Origin: an uncultured Actinomycetes bacterium
GTDB taxonomy: Bacteria > Actinomycetota > Thermoleophilia > UBA2241
Length of the DNA: 64,000 nucleotides
Assembly (NCBI GenBank): GCA_963767005.1
Contig: CAVYCN010000019.1
Span: 1-64,000, forward strand
Reading direction: 5' to 3'
Positions 1 through 9,367 of the stretch are shown here, piece after piece. The notes beneath the pieces were generated by a model. It had not been told where the DNA came from and ran no database searches. It was given only the letters and a program-made list of their open reading frames with translations. The position numbers were made by a program, and so were the translations under genes. Each line of letters begins with the position of its first letter. Positions within the stretch are counted from its first letter, which is position 1.

Positions 1-285
1 GGTGTGCCGGCCGGCTTTGGCAGCGTCGTCATCAACGCCGTCGAGACCGGCCAGGCGCCGCACGGCGGCAACGGCGTCGCCGGCGCCGAGCAGGCGTTCG
101 GGCCGATCGTCGCCCATGTGGTCGAGGCCGCCTACGGCGCCTTTCGCACCGGCCTGTCGATCTCGCTCGTGGTCGCCGGCGTCGTGATCATCGCGGCGGG
201 CGCGATCGCCTGGTTCGCCCTCGCCGCTATCCGCCCGCCCGCCGAGGACGGGACGATCGACGACAGACCGGCGAGCACCGCCTGA
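1..285 (+). CDS. C-terminal end of a membrane protein, probably a DHA2-type MFS transporter (5' partial)
   Basis: Open frame from the window edge ending AYGAFRTGLSISLVVAGVVIIAAGAIAWFAL, which resembles the last TM helix of 14-TM MFS exporters. Confidence 0.6.
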   Translation, partial: GVPAGFGSVVINAVETGQAPHGGNGVAGAEQAFGPIVAHVVEAAYGAFRTGLSISLVVAGVVIIAAGAIAWFALAAIRPPAEDGTIDDRPASTA

Positions 286-360
286 ACGGCGCTCCGGCCC
301 GGCAAGAGGGCGTTCGCCCTGCCGGTCCGGACCCGCCCGCCCCTGCCGGGCGCGCGCCTG

Positions 361-1067
361 CTAGGCGGCGCGCAGCAAGATTCGGCCTCGAGCGCTCCCG
401 CCGGGGTCTCCTCGTGCTTGAAGACGAGGTAGACGTCGTGGCCGGCGTCGAGCAGCCGGCGGGCGCGCGCGCCGATGGCGGCCAGCTCGTCGGCGCTGTA
501 TGCCGGCTTGCGCAGGCGCTCGTAGACGAAGTCGGCGGTCACGACCTCGGGCACGACGAGCCTCTCGGTCTCGGCCACGCAGAGCGCCACGCCGTGGGCC
601 CGCAGCAGCTCGTAGACCTCGTCGGTGAACCACGAGTCGTGACGGAACTCAATCGTGGCGCGCAGTCCCGGCGGCAGCAGCTCGAGAAAGGCCGCGAGGC
701 GGGGCAGGTAGAGCCGCAGGTAGGGCGGGAGCTGGAACAGGACCGGGCCGAGCCTGCCGGCCGCGCGCAGCGGTTCGAGCGACTGCAGGAAGAAGGCGGT
801 CGGTTCGCCGGCGTCGAGCAGGCGGGCGACGTGCGTGATGCGCTGGTGCGCCTTGACGGCGAACACGAAGCCCGGTGGCGTACCGGCCACCCAGGCGTCG
901 AGCGTCTCGCGCCGCGGCGTGCGCCGGAACGTGTAGTTGATCTCGACGCAGTTCAGGCGGGCGGCGTAGTGCTCGAGAAAGCGCGCCTGCGCGACGTCGG
1001 CCGGGTAGAAGCCCGGCTTCCAGGCGGGATAGGCGAAGCCCGATGTTCCGGCGTACAGATGTGCCAT
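361..1067 (-). CDS. DUF72 domain-containing protein, with an apparent 1-nt deletion near the 3' end
   Basis: Motifs AGTSGFAYPAW, VEINYTF, FAVKAHQRITH, LFQLPP, EFRHDSW, YERLR. Restoring 1 nt at ~381 gives ...ALEAExLLRAA* ending at 361 and removes the overlap with the upstream gene. Confidence 0.85.
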
Positions 1068-1194
1068 GAGTGGCAGGTACCCGGCTCGAGGCCCTGCGCG
1101 GTGACCGTTGCCGTTTGCGGGCGGCCCGGATCGGCGTTCGCCGGCGCGGGCGGCCGGAAACGGCTTGCGCCGTTCCGGGCCGCCCGCGCAGCCC

Positions 1195-2652
1195 TCAGAC
1201 CGTCGCAGTGTGCTCGACCGGCTCCTCGCCCGTGCCGCCGCCGACCGGCCGGCCGCCGAGCCTGCGCTTGAAGTACAGGTACGCGACCGGCCCGGTCAGC
1301 ATGGCGAGCACCCCTCCGATGCCGTACCAGCCGAACGTCCAGCCGAGGACCGTGAACGAGGCGTGCCCAAAGACGGTCGTGCTCGTGTCGATCGCGTTGG
1401 TGTACAGCGTGAGCAAGGCGATGAAGATCGCCGGCGCGCAGATCGCGATGAGCACCTTCGTACCGCCCCAGATGCGGAAAGGCCGCTCCAGGCCGGGCTC
1501 CTTCTGGCGCAGGCGGATCGCGGCGACGAAGATCAGCAGGTAGTAGAGCATGTTCAGGAAGACATCGATGACGACGAGGTTGGCGAAGGTCCCGATGATC
1601 AGCACCATGTTGAGCCCGGCGAGGAACAGGATCGAGATCCAGGGCGTGCCGAACTTGCGGTGCGCTCTCGACAGCGACTTCGGCAGCAGGTTGTCCTCGG
1701 CCATGGCGTACGCAGGTCGCGACCCCGAGGTGAGGTAGTCCTGATAGAGCGCCATGTTGCTGATCACGGCTGCCCCAGCATGGCATAGCCGAGGATCGGT
1801 CCGCCCAGGTCCCTGGCCACGCTGACGAACGTCGTCTGGCCGTCACCGGTGCCCCAGGACGCCCAGTGACCCCAGCCGGCGATCCCCACCAGCGTCGGGA
1901 TGAAATACAGCGCCACGACGATCGGCATGGCGATCATGAGCGCCCGCGGGATGATGAAGCGCGGCCGCTCCATCTCGCCGGCGATGGTCGACATCGAGTC
2001 GTAGCCCGAGTACATCCAGACGCCCACGGCGAGCCCGAGGTTCAGGCTGCTGAAGATCGACTGGCCGTGGGGGACGAAGGGCTGGAACGGGCCGACGTGC
2101 CAGTGCGTGAAACCGAGGACGATCAGGGCCAGGAACGGTACCACGATGATGATCGTGAACAGCACCGAGCTGATCGCGATGATGTTCAGCCCACGGAGTT
2201 CGTGTAGGCGAACAAGGCGATCAGCACCGCGCCGATGCCCCAGATCTCCCAGCCGGAGAGCTGCGGCCACCAGCCATGCACGTACACCTGGATCAGCGCG
2301 ATGTAGACGGCCGAGTCGACCCACTGGCAGGTCCACGACCACCAGCCGCACTGAAAACCCCAGAACTCACCCAGGGCGCGCCGTGTCCAGGCGTAGTAGC
2401 CGCCCTCCTCGGGCAGCGCCGAGCCGAGCTCCGAGCAGACCAGGGCCATCGGCATCACCCAGAAGACGGGCAGCAGGAGCAGCATGAGGAGCGTGAGCCC
2501 CGGCCCCGACCGCGAGTCATGTCCTCGATACCGAAGGCGCCCGAGCTCACGAAGATGAAGATCATGGCCACCGCGGTCAGGACCGGGATCCTGACCTTGC
2601 GCAGCGCGCTTGCCGCCCCCGGCGTCTCGACCGACTGCATGAGATCTGTCAT
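1195..2652 (-). CDS. APC-family amino acid/polyamine permease, split by three 1-nt frameshifts (~2513, ~2197, ~1774)
   Basis: Four fragments join into one permease: VSSGAFGIED, ELGSALPEEGGYYAWTRRALG, WMYSGYDSMSTIAGEMERPR, SRPAYAMAEDNLLP, RPFRIWGG. Confidence 0.85.
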
Positions 2653-2698
2653 GCGACCCTCCCCCCGAAGGTCGGTTGGACCGTCACCGGCGCCGAGT

Positions 2699-3931
2699 CT
2701 AGCGGCTCTGCGTCATCAGGTCGGCCGCCCGCGGTTGCTCGAGCGGCAGGTCGACCGCTCCCCACGGTGCGCCGTGCTTGGTCATGAGATCGAGGAACGG
2801 CGCCGGGTCGATCTGCTCGGGAGCGAAGACTCCCTTCGCCGTGTGGATCCCCTTCGCCTGGAGCAGCGCGCCGCAGGCCGCCGGCACGCCGGTCTGGTAG
2901 CCGGTGCCCTGCACGCCCATCGTGCGGTAGGCCTCGTCGTGCGAGGTCATCTGGTACATGTAGCGCCGCGTCGCTTTGCCGGCGATGGTGCCCTCGCAGA
3001 GCGCCCCCACGCAGACCGCGCCGTGCAGGCGGCCGATCAGGTCGACCGCCTTGGGCAGGCGCGATACGAGCAGGTCGAGCGGGCGGAAGCGGGCGCCCTC
3101 GAACTCGATCTCCTTGTTGTGGTCGAAGCCCAGCTTGCGCCAGGTGAGCAGCAGGTCGACCCACTCGTCGGCCAGGGCGATGAAGAAGTCGGCGTCGCGC
3201 AGCCCTTTGTCGCTCAGGAACATGGGCATGAGCTGGGCCTCTTCGTGGTCGACGTTCCACACCTTGAGCTTGCCGACCGGCGCCGGAAAGTCGAACTCGC
3301 GGGTGACGGCGAGCGACGTGCGGCGGATCGTCTTGCCGTCCTCGAAGGCGTGCGGCGGCAGGATGAGGCACTCCTCAACCATCGTCGTCGGCGAGAAGCT
3401 CGGCGCGAAGTCGACGCCCTCGGCCGAGCTGTTGTCGCCGTCGTAGACCGTGAGGCGCTCGACCGTGTCGAACTGGTCGTAGAGCGCGCGGGCGAAGACG
3501 TCGCTCGCGCCGGGGTCGATGCCGAAGAACACGAAGGCCGTGAGGCCCTTCTTCTTGAACTCGGCGTCGAGCGCGATCTCCTCGTCGACGTCGGCGGTGC
3601 CGACGATGTCGCGCGGGCCGGCCGCGGCCATGTCGAGGTAGTTCGTGCCGGATTCGAGGCAGGCGGCCATGATGTCGAGGTTGACCTCGGGGATGAGCGC
3701 GTTGAAGCACAGGTCGACGCCGGCCAGGGCGTGGACGAGCGCCTCCTTGTCGGTGGCGTCGAGATGCAGCGTCTCGACCTTGCCGGCCGGCAGCTTCGCC
3801 GCGACCTGGGCCAAGCGCGCCTCGTCGATATCGGCCAGCACGACGCTGCTCACGTCGGGATCGGGGGCCATCGTGCGCGCCGTGACCTCGCCGACCGAAC
3901 CGACACCCAGTTGCAGGACCCGCATAGCCAT
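2699..3931 (-). CDS. Saccharopine dehydrogenase / carboxy(nor)spermidine dehydrogenase family protein
   Basis: N-terminal Rossmann GVGSVG, NYLDMA, GIDPGASDV, VDHEE, YQTGVPAA, GVFAPEQ. Confidence 0.85.
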   Translation of the reverse strand: MAMRVLQLGVGSVGEVTARTMAPDPDVSSVVLADIDEARLAQVAAKLPAGKVETLHLDATDKEALVHALAGVDLCFNALIPEVNLDIMAACLESGTNYLDMAAAGPRDIVGTADVDEEIALDAEFKKKGLTAFVFFGIDPGASDVFARALYDQFDTVERLTVYDGDNSSAEGVDFAPSFSPTTMVEECLILPPHAFEDGKTIRRTSLAVTREFDFPAPVGKLKVWNVDHEEAQLMPMFLSDKGLRDADFFIALADEWVDLLLTWRKLGFDHNKEIEFEGARFRPLDLLVSRLPKAVDLIGRLHGAVCVGALCEGTIAGKATRRYMYQMTSHDEAYRTMGVQGTGYQTGVPAACGALLQAKGIHTAKGVFAPEQIDPAPFLDLMTKHGAPWGAVDLPLEQPRAADLMTQSR

Positions 3932-4095
3932 TGCTTCCCCCTTGAGGAACTTGAGCGGCGCGTGGCTCCAAACTTGCGCGCCGACGCCGGCGACGACCGC
4001 CGGTTACCGCAAGATTGTCCCAGCAAAACGGCGTTAATCACAGGGCGATTCCTTGCCCAAACTTCTTCACCACGTTACAGCGGAACTGATCGTTC

Positions 4096-4124
4096 TTGAC
4101 CAGCGCGACAGAGCGGCATAAGTT
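4096..4124 (+). promoter_or_regulatory. Sigma70-type promoter, likely giving a leaderless transcript
   Basis: TTGACC-17 bp-TAAGTT, then 6 nt to ATG 4131; no Shine-Dalgarno sequence. Confidence 0.6.
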
Positions 4125-4130
4125 GCCGCC

Positions 4131-5251
4131 ATGAGTACCTCCGTGAGCGTCCAGCACGCCGCCCGCCGGCTCGGCGTGTCGCCGGTGACCGTCCGGCGCT
4201 GGACGGCGACCGGCTTCCTGCCCTGCACGCGCACCGCCGGCGGCCACCGCCGCATCGCCGTGGACGACATCGACGAGCTCGCCCGGGCGATCGGCGGCAG
4301 CTCGCAGCTCGCCGCCCGCCGCGCTCGCGAGCACGAGCTCGAGACCATCGTCGAGACGTCGATCGCCCTGGCGAGCGAGGTCGAGCCGCAGCCGCTGCTG
4401 GCCGAGATCGCCCGCCTCGTCACGCACCTGATCGACGTCGACTTCTGCGCCGTGTCGGACTTCGACCCCGGCACGCGCCTCGTGCGCACGCTGGCCGAGT
4501 ACGACAGAAGCGGCGAGCGCCTGCCCGACACCGAGACCTACGACGTACGGCGCTTCCCGCTCACCGCCAAGGTGCTCGACGAGCACGTGCCGGCCGTGGT
4601 CAACGTCGACGACCCACGGGCCGACCCCGCCGAGGTCGCCGAGCTGCGCGCCGGCGGCGACCGCAGCCTGCTCATGCTGCCGCTCGTCTACCGCGGCGAG
4701 GCGATCGGCCTGCTCGAGGCCAGCGACGCGCGCCGGGCGCGCAGCTACTCGCGACAGGAGCTGCGGCTCTGCCAGGCGATCGCCGGCCAGGCCGCCGTGG
4801 CGCTGCACAACACCTCGCTGCGCGCCGCCTCGCGATCCGACCGCGACGACCTCGAACGGCTGCGCGAGGCGCTGCGCGCGGCCGCGCCCCCGCTCGCCAC
4901 GGCGCTGGCCGAGGCCGGCGAGGGGGCGCGGCTCGAGCGCCTCGCGCGCGACCTGTGCGACCTGCTCGGCGCGGTGTCGTGCGTGGTGGCCACGCCGCGC
5001 CGCTCGGCCGGCGCGGCGCGTCGCCGGGCGCCATCGCCGCGATCGGAGCGCCGGCGAGCGCCGCCGCCGGGGAGATCTCGGAGCCCGATCGGGCCGCCAC
5101 GCCCATGCCGCCGGCCACGGCCCACATAATGACGGGGCTCAGTACCGACGGCAGCGTCACGCTGACCGTGACGCTCGACCGGCCGCCGTCGGTGGGGCTT
5201 GCGGAGCTGCTCGACCTGATCGCCACGGTCGTAGCAGGCGGCCGGCGCTGA
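4131..5251 (+). CDS. Excisionase/BldC-like HTH + GAF domain protein, with an apparent frameshift at ~5020
   Basis: AARRLGVSPVTVRRW...RTAGGHRRI HTH, then GAF (SLLMLPLVYRGEAIGLLE, QAAVALHN). The C-terminus continues in the 4955..5251 frame. Confidence 0.8.
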
Positions 5252-5285
5252 AGCCGGAGCCCCTTCGACTCCGGCGCCCTCTCCC

Positions 5286-6134
5286 CTATCCCAGCACGCG
5301 CCTCCGGAAGCCGTCGATGCCGACCCACCACAGGGCAACGGTGAAGGCCGACATGCCGGCGTAGATCGCCCAGACCGGCATGTGTCGTGCGTCGCTCGTG
5401 AGCGACAGGCGGAAGCCCTCGCACATGTACACCAGCGGGTTGACGAGCACGGCGACCTGCAGCCAGCGGATCGGGGCGAGCAACTGCCAGGGGTAGTAGA
5501 CCGCGCCGAGGAACGTGATCGGCAGCACGACGATCGCAAAGAGCAGCGGCACCTGCTGCGGCTTGACCCTCGTGCCCATGGTCAGGCCCAGTCCGGCCGC
5601 CAGCAGCGCGGCGATAGGCGCGATCGTGAGCAGATAGAGCCAGTGCACGTGCAGGTGGACCGGGGTCGCCGGTATGACGGCGGCCAGCGGGAACACGACG
5701 AGGCCGGCGATGATCGCCTGGATGGCGCCGGCCACGATCTTCTCGACGGCCACGCCCCAGACCGGCATGGGCGCCATCACGCGGTCCTCGATCTCGCGCG
5801 TGTAGCCGAACTCCTGCACGAGCGGCAGGGCGACCGCCTGCACCCCCTGAAAGATCATCGAGGTCGCGACCACGCCGGCCATGAGCAGGGTCGAGAAGGC
5901 CGACTCGGAGCGCGCCGAACCGCCGACTCCCTGGCCGATCTTGGGGAACACGTAGGTGAAGACGAAGACGAGCAGCAGCGGCTGCATGATGGTGCGCACC
6001 GCAAAGACGACGATCGTCTTCTCGAGCACGCGCAGGTCGCGCAGCAGCAGGGCCCCGAAGGCGGTCAGAGCGGCGCCGCGCGACGAGCGAAAGCCCATCG
6101 CGCCGCGCGTGCGCTCGTCGGCGATCACGCTCAT
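5286..6134 (-). CDS. ABC-2 type transporter permease
   Basis: About six hydrophobic segments, FLGAVYYP, NPLVYMCEGFR; lies downstream of an ABC ATPase. Confidence 0.9.
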   Translation of the reverse strand: MSVIADERTRGAMGFRSSRGAALTAFGALLLRDLRVLEKTIVVFAVRTIMQPLLLVFVFTYVFPKIGQGVGGSARSESAFSTLLMAGVVATSMIFQGVQAVALPLVQEFGYTREIEDRVMAPMPVWGVAVEKIVAGAIQAIIAGLVVFPLAAVIPATPVHLHVHWLYLLTIAPIAALLAAGLGLTMGTRVKPQQVPLLFAIVVLPITFLGAVYYPWQLLAPIRWLQVAVLVNPLVYMCEGFRLSLTSDARHMPVWAIYAGMSAFTVALWWVGIDGFRRRVLG

Positions 6135-6195
6135 GGCAGCCGCTCCTGTCCAGCCGTGGGCTGCTCGCCCACTCTCACCAGCCGCGCCTCGCCGC

Positions 6196-7218
6196 TCATT
6201 CGCGCAGCTCCTTGCCGGTCAGCGTGATGAAGACGGTCTCGAGCGTGGGCTCGCTCACCGACAGGTCGGTGATCGGAAAGCCGCCAGACTCGGCCTGCGC
6301 CACGATGCGCGGCACGACGCCGTCGGCGCCCTTCAGGAACACGGTGACGACGCCGTCGCCCGACTCGGCCCGGGTGCCATCGCCGAGGCCCTCGCGCAGG
6401 GCGTCGGCCAGGCCCCGGACGTCGCCGGCCGTCGCGACGCGCACGATCGTGTCGGCGCCGACCGACGCCTTCAGGCCGCGCGGCGTGTCGAGCGCCAGGA
6501 TATGGCCGTGGTCCATGATCGCGACGCGGTCGCAGAGCTGGTCGGCCTCTTCCATGTAGTGCGTGGTGAGCAGCACCGTGAGGCCCCGCTCGTGCAGGTC
6601 GCCGACGATCTCCCAGAGGGCGAGGCGGCTCTGCGGGTCGAGGCCGGCAGTGGGCTCGTCCAAGAAGAGGATGTTGGGATGGTGGGCGATGCCGCGCGCC
6701 ACCATCAGGCGCTGCGCCATGCCGCCCGAGAGCGCATACACGTCGGCTTTCGCGCGGTCGGCGAGGCGGAACTGGTCGAGCAGCTCGTCGGCGCGCGCCC
6801 GGGCGCGCGCCTTGTCGAAGCCGAAGTAGCGGCAGTGGTAGTAGAGGTTCTCCCACACCGTGAGGCTGCGGTCGAGGGTGTTGGTCTGGGCGACCACGCC
6901 GATCGCCTGCTTGGCGAGGGCCGGCTCGGCGACCACGTCGACGCCGCCCACGCAGGCCTGCCCGGCGGTCGGCACCACCCTCGTCGAGAGCATGCCCACG
7001 GTCGTCGTCTTGCCGGCGCCGTTGGGCCCGAGCAGGCCGAAGATCTCGCCGGCGCCGACCCGCAGCTCGAGCGCCTCGACGGCGCGGATGCCGCCCGGAT
7101 AGGTCTTCGACAGACCCGCGGTGAGAATGACGTTGTCGAGGTCGCAGACCAGGCTGCCCGAGGCGGCCGCTGCCGCGGGGCGCTCGGCCTCGCCGATCGT
7201 CGGTTGCTGTGCCGCCAC
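6196..7218 (-). CDS. ABC transporter ATP-binding protein (DrrA-like)
   Basis: Walker A GPNGAGKT, signature LSGGM, Walker B LFLDEPTAGLD, H-loop TTHYMEEA; GGAGG upstream of GTG 7218. Confidence 0.93.
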   Translation of the reverse strand: MAAQQPTIGEAERPAAAAASGSLVCDLDNVILTAGLSKTYPGGIRAVEALELRVGAGEIFGLLGPNGAGKTTTVGMLSTRVVPTAGQACVGGVDVVAEPALAKQAIGVVAQTNTLDRSLTVWENLYYHCRYFGFDKARARARADELLDQFRLADRAKADVYALSGGMAQRLMVARGIAHHPNILFLDEPTAGLDPQSRLALWEIVGDLHERGLTVLLTTHYMEEADQLCDRVAIMDHGHILALDTPRGLKASVGADTIVRVATAGDVRGLADALREGLGDGTRAESGDGVVTVFLKGADGVVPRIVAQAESGGFPITDLSVSEPTLETVFITLTGKELRE

Positions 7219-7315
7219 ATGCCTCCCTTGCAGAGCTTCCCCCGTTGTCCCCCGGTGGCGCGGCGACAAACCGGAGGGACAGACGCGGTCGCGAGCGGGC
7301 AGGTGGCGCCGGCCG

Positions 7316-7861
7316 CTAGAGCACCTCTCCCAAAGTCGTCGGCTGCCCCGGCGGCCAGGGGCCGCCCTGGGCATAGGCGTCCGGCAGGGAGCTTGTGGCG
7401 TGCTGCACCGAGGCGTCGTGGCAAGCCGCCGCCGGGCTCACCGGATAGTACAGCTCCTGGTCGGACCGGCGCGCCCCCACCATCACCACGACGCAGGGCG
7501 CCGTACCGGCGCCGACCAGCACATGAGCGGTGCCCCGCGGCGTGAACAGGAAGTCGCCCGCGCGCAGCCGCCGCTCCTGCTCCTCGACGATCGCCAGGCA
7601 CTCGCCGCGCAGCACGAGGAAGGCCTCCTGACAGCTCTCGCGGTGGTACAGGCAGGCCGGCCTGCCGGGCGCCAGCACGCGCACGTTGATGCCGAACTCG
7701 GGAAAGCGTGCCGCCCCTTCGAAACGGCAGCCGTCGCCGAACCGCTCGCTGTGCATGGCGGACGCCTCGGCGACGTTCACGACGAACCAGCCCTCGCCCG
7801 AGGGCGCGAGCCCGCCGTTTTCGTCCCGTTGCAAAGGGGCCTCGGGGCAGCCTTCGTTCAT
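7316..7861 (-). CDS. Cupin domain protein
   Basis: LYHRESCQEAFLVLRG and AGDFLFTPRGTAH cupin motifs; GGAGG upstream of ATG. Confidence 0.85.
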   Translation of the reverse strand: MNEGCPEAPLQRDENGGLAPSGEGWFVVNVAEASAMHSERFGDGCRFEGAARFPEFGINVRVLAPGRPACLYHRESCQEAFLVLRGECLAIVEEQERRLRAGDFLFTPRGTAHVLVGAGTAPCVVVMVGARRSDQELYYPVSPAAACHDASVQHATSSLPDAYAQGGPWPPGQPTTLGEVL

Positions 7862-7923
7862 CGCGACCTCCATGCCGCAGGGAACCAGCCGGGACGACCG
7901 GCTAGCGCGGTACGCGTTCCCGG

Positions 7924-8544
7924 CTACGAGCTTGCCAGCAGCCGGCGGATCGAGCCCTTCGGGTCGCCCACGATGGGCGCGCCGTGGTCGAGGCAGAGCA
8001 CCGTGAACGGCAGCTCGAGCAGGCCCTCGACGCTGCGCCGGGTGGCCGCCGGGTCCTCGTGGTACTCGAAGGGGATGAAGCGCAGCTCGGCGCCCGCGCC
8101 GTAGTGCGAGATGAGATCGGAGCAGAACAGCACGCCGGGGTCGGCGGCGCGCAGGAACGAGTAGTGCGGCCACTCCGGCCCCGGCGTGCGCACGGCGGTC
8201 AGGCCGCCGGGCAGCGTGTCGCCCTCGGCGTAGCGCCGGTCCGGTTCTTCGTCGGCGTCGGACGCGTCGGCCGGCAGCCAGACCTGCGCCCCGAGCTCGC
8301 GGCGATAGCGCCAGGCCGCGCGCTGGTGACAGCGCGCCGTGAGCACGACGGCGGCCGGCCGCGGCAGCGCGGCGAGCGCGTCGTCGGCCAGGCGCACCGG
8401 GTCGACGAACACGCAGGTGTCGCCGTCGACCACGGCGTGCGAGCTCGATGTCGAGCCGCCGATGTTGCTGTTGCTGATGCGCCAGTGCCAGACGCCGTCG
8501 GTGACCTGCTCGGCGCCCTCGGCGATCTCGCGTGGTTCGGTCAT
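7924..8544 (-). CDS. MBL-fold metallo-hydrolase-like protein
   Basis: VFVDP, LTARCHQR (degenerate HxHxDH), TPGP, LFCSDL, LDHGAP. Confidence 0.75.
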   Translation of the reverse strand: MTEPREIAEGAEQVTDGVWHWRISNSNIGGSTSSSHAVVDGDTCVFVDPVRLADDALAALPRPAAVVLTARCHQRAAWRYRRELGAQVWLPADASDADEEPDRRYAEGDTLPGGLTAVRTPGPEWPHYSFLRAADPGVLFCSDLISHYGAGAELRFIPFEYHEDPAATRRSVEGLLELPFTVLCLDHGAPIVGDPKGSIRRLLASS

Positions 8545-8587
8545 GTCGTCCTCCTTGCCGCCGGCCGGCGATCGGCCCTGATCAGCG

Positions 8588-9367
8588 TTACCGCACGGCG
8601 ACGAGGTCGAGGTCGGCCGTCAGCGTGGCGACGTCGATGCCCGGCGGGTCGTGCCGCAGCCAAGCCGGCGACAGCATCGCGTAGAGCTCGTCGCAGTAGG
8701 CCGTGTGGAACTCCCAGGAGGCCGTGACCGTCGTCCCCCAGGTGACCACCGTGAGCCCGGCGGCATCGTATCCCGCATAGACCACGCAGTGGCCGTTGTG
8801 CGGGTTGGGCGCATGGCTGTGGCTGCCGTCGGGCACGACCGTCCAGGGCGGCAGGGTGCCCGGCTCCCGCGGCAGGACTGCGTCGGGCAGCTCGACACCC
8901 ACGTAGAGGCAGCCGAAGAGGTCGATGGCGAGCTTGGCGTGCTCGACCGAGCGCGGGTCGACCTCGACGAACGCCTTGATCGTCTGGCGGTCGATGCCGC
9001 GCCGGCGCCAGTACTTGAGCGCGTCGAGGAGCACCGTGCCGCGGTCGGTCGGGTTGCCGCCGGGGCCGCCGGCGTCGGGATCGTAGCCGGTGAGGTCGGA
9101 GTAGGCGCGCAGGACCATGGCGGTGGTGATGGCGAGCTGCTCGTGCTCGGCGTTGGCCGCCCAGAGCATGTCGGCGTGGGCCTGGCCGGCCAGGGCGCAG
9201 TCGCCCACGCGGTCGTTGCCGAGCATGCCCCAGTCGCGCACGGCCGCCCCGTAGTCGACCGCCGGCGGCGGCGTGGGCGCCGCCGGCGTGAGGTAGGCGG
9301 ACAGCCTGAGGTTGCGCTCGTCGTCGCGCTTGGGGAGCTTGCCGAGCCTGTAGAGCGAGTCGGTCAT
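8588..9367 (-). CDS. Putative papain-like (C1-related) cysteine peptidase
   Basis: WGMLGNDRVGDCALAG (candidate catalytic Cys), NGHCVVYAGYD (candidate His), VVTWG; start overlaps the upstream stop (ATGA). Confidence 0.65.
   Translation of the reverse strand: MTDSLYRLGKLPKRDDERNLRLSAYLTPAAPTPPPAVDYGAAVRDWGMLGNDRVGDCALAGQAHADMLWAANAEHEQLAITTAMVLRAYSDLTGYDPDAGGPGGNPTDRGTVLLDALKYWRRRGIDRQTIKAFVEVDPRSVEHAKLAIDLFGCLYVGVELPDAVLPREPGTLPPWTVVPDGSHSHAPNPHNGHCVVYAGYDAAGLTVVTWGTTVTASWEFHTAYCDELYAMLSPAWLRHDPPGIDVATLTADLDLVAVR

Noticed and set aside
1195-2652. Programmed frameshifting or phase variation in the permease
   Set aside because: Three separate 1-nt losses with no slippery heptamer or long repeat tract, and neighbouring genes show the same error type.
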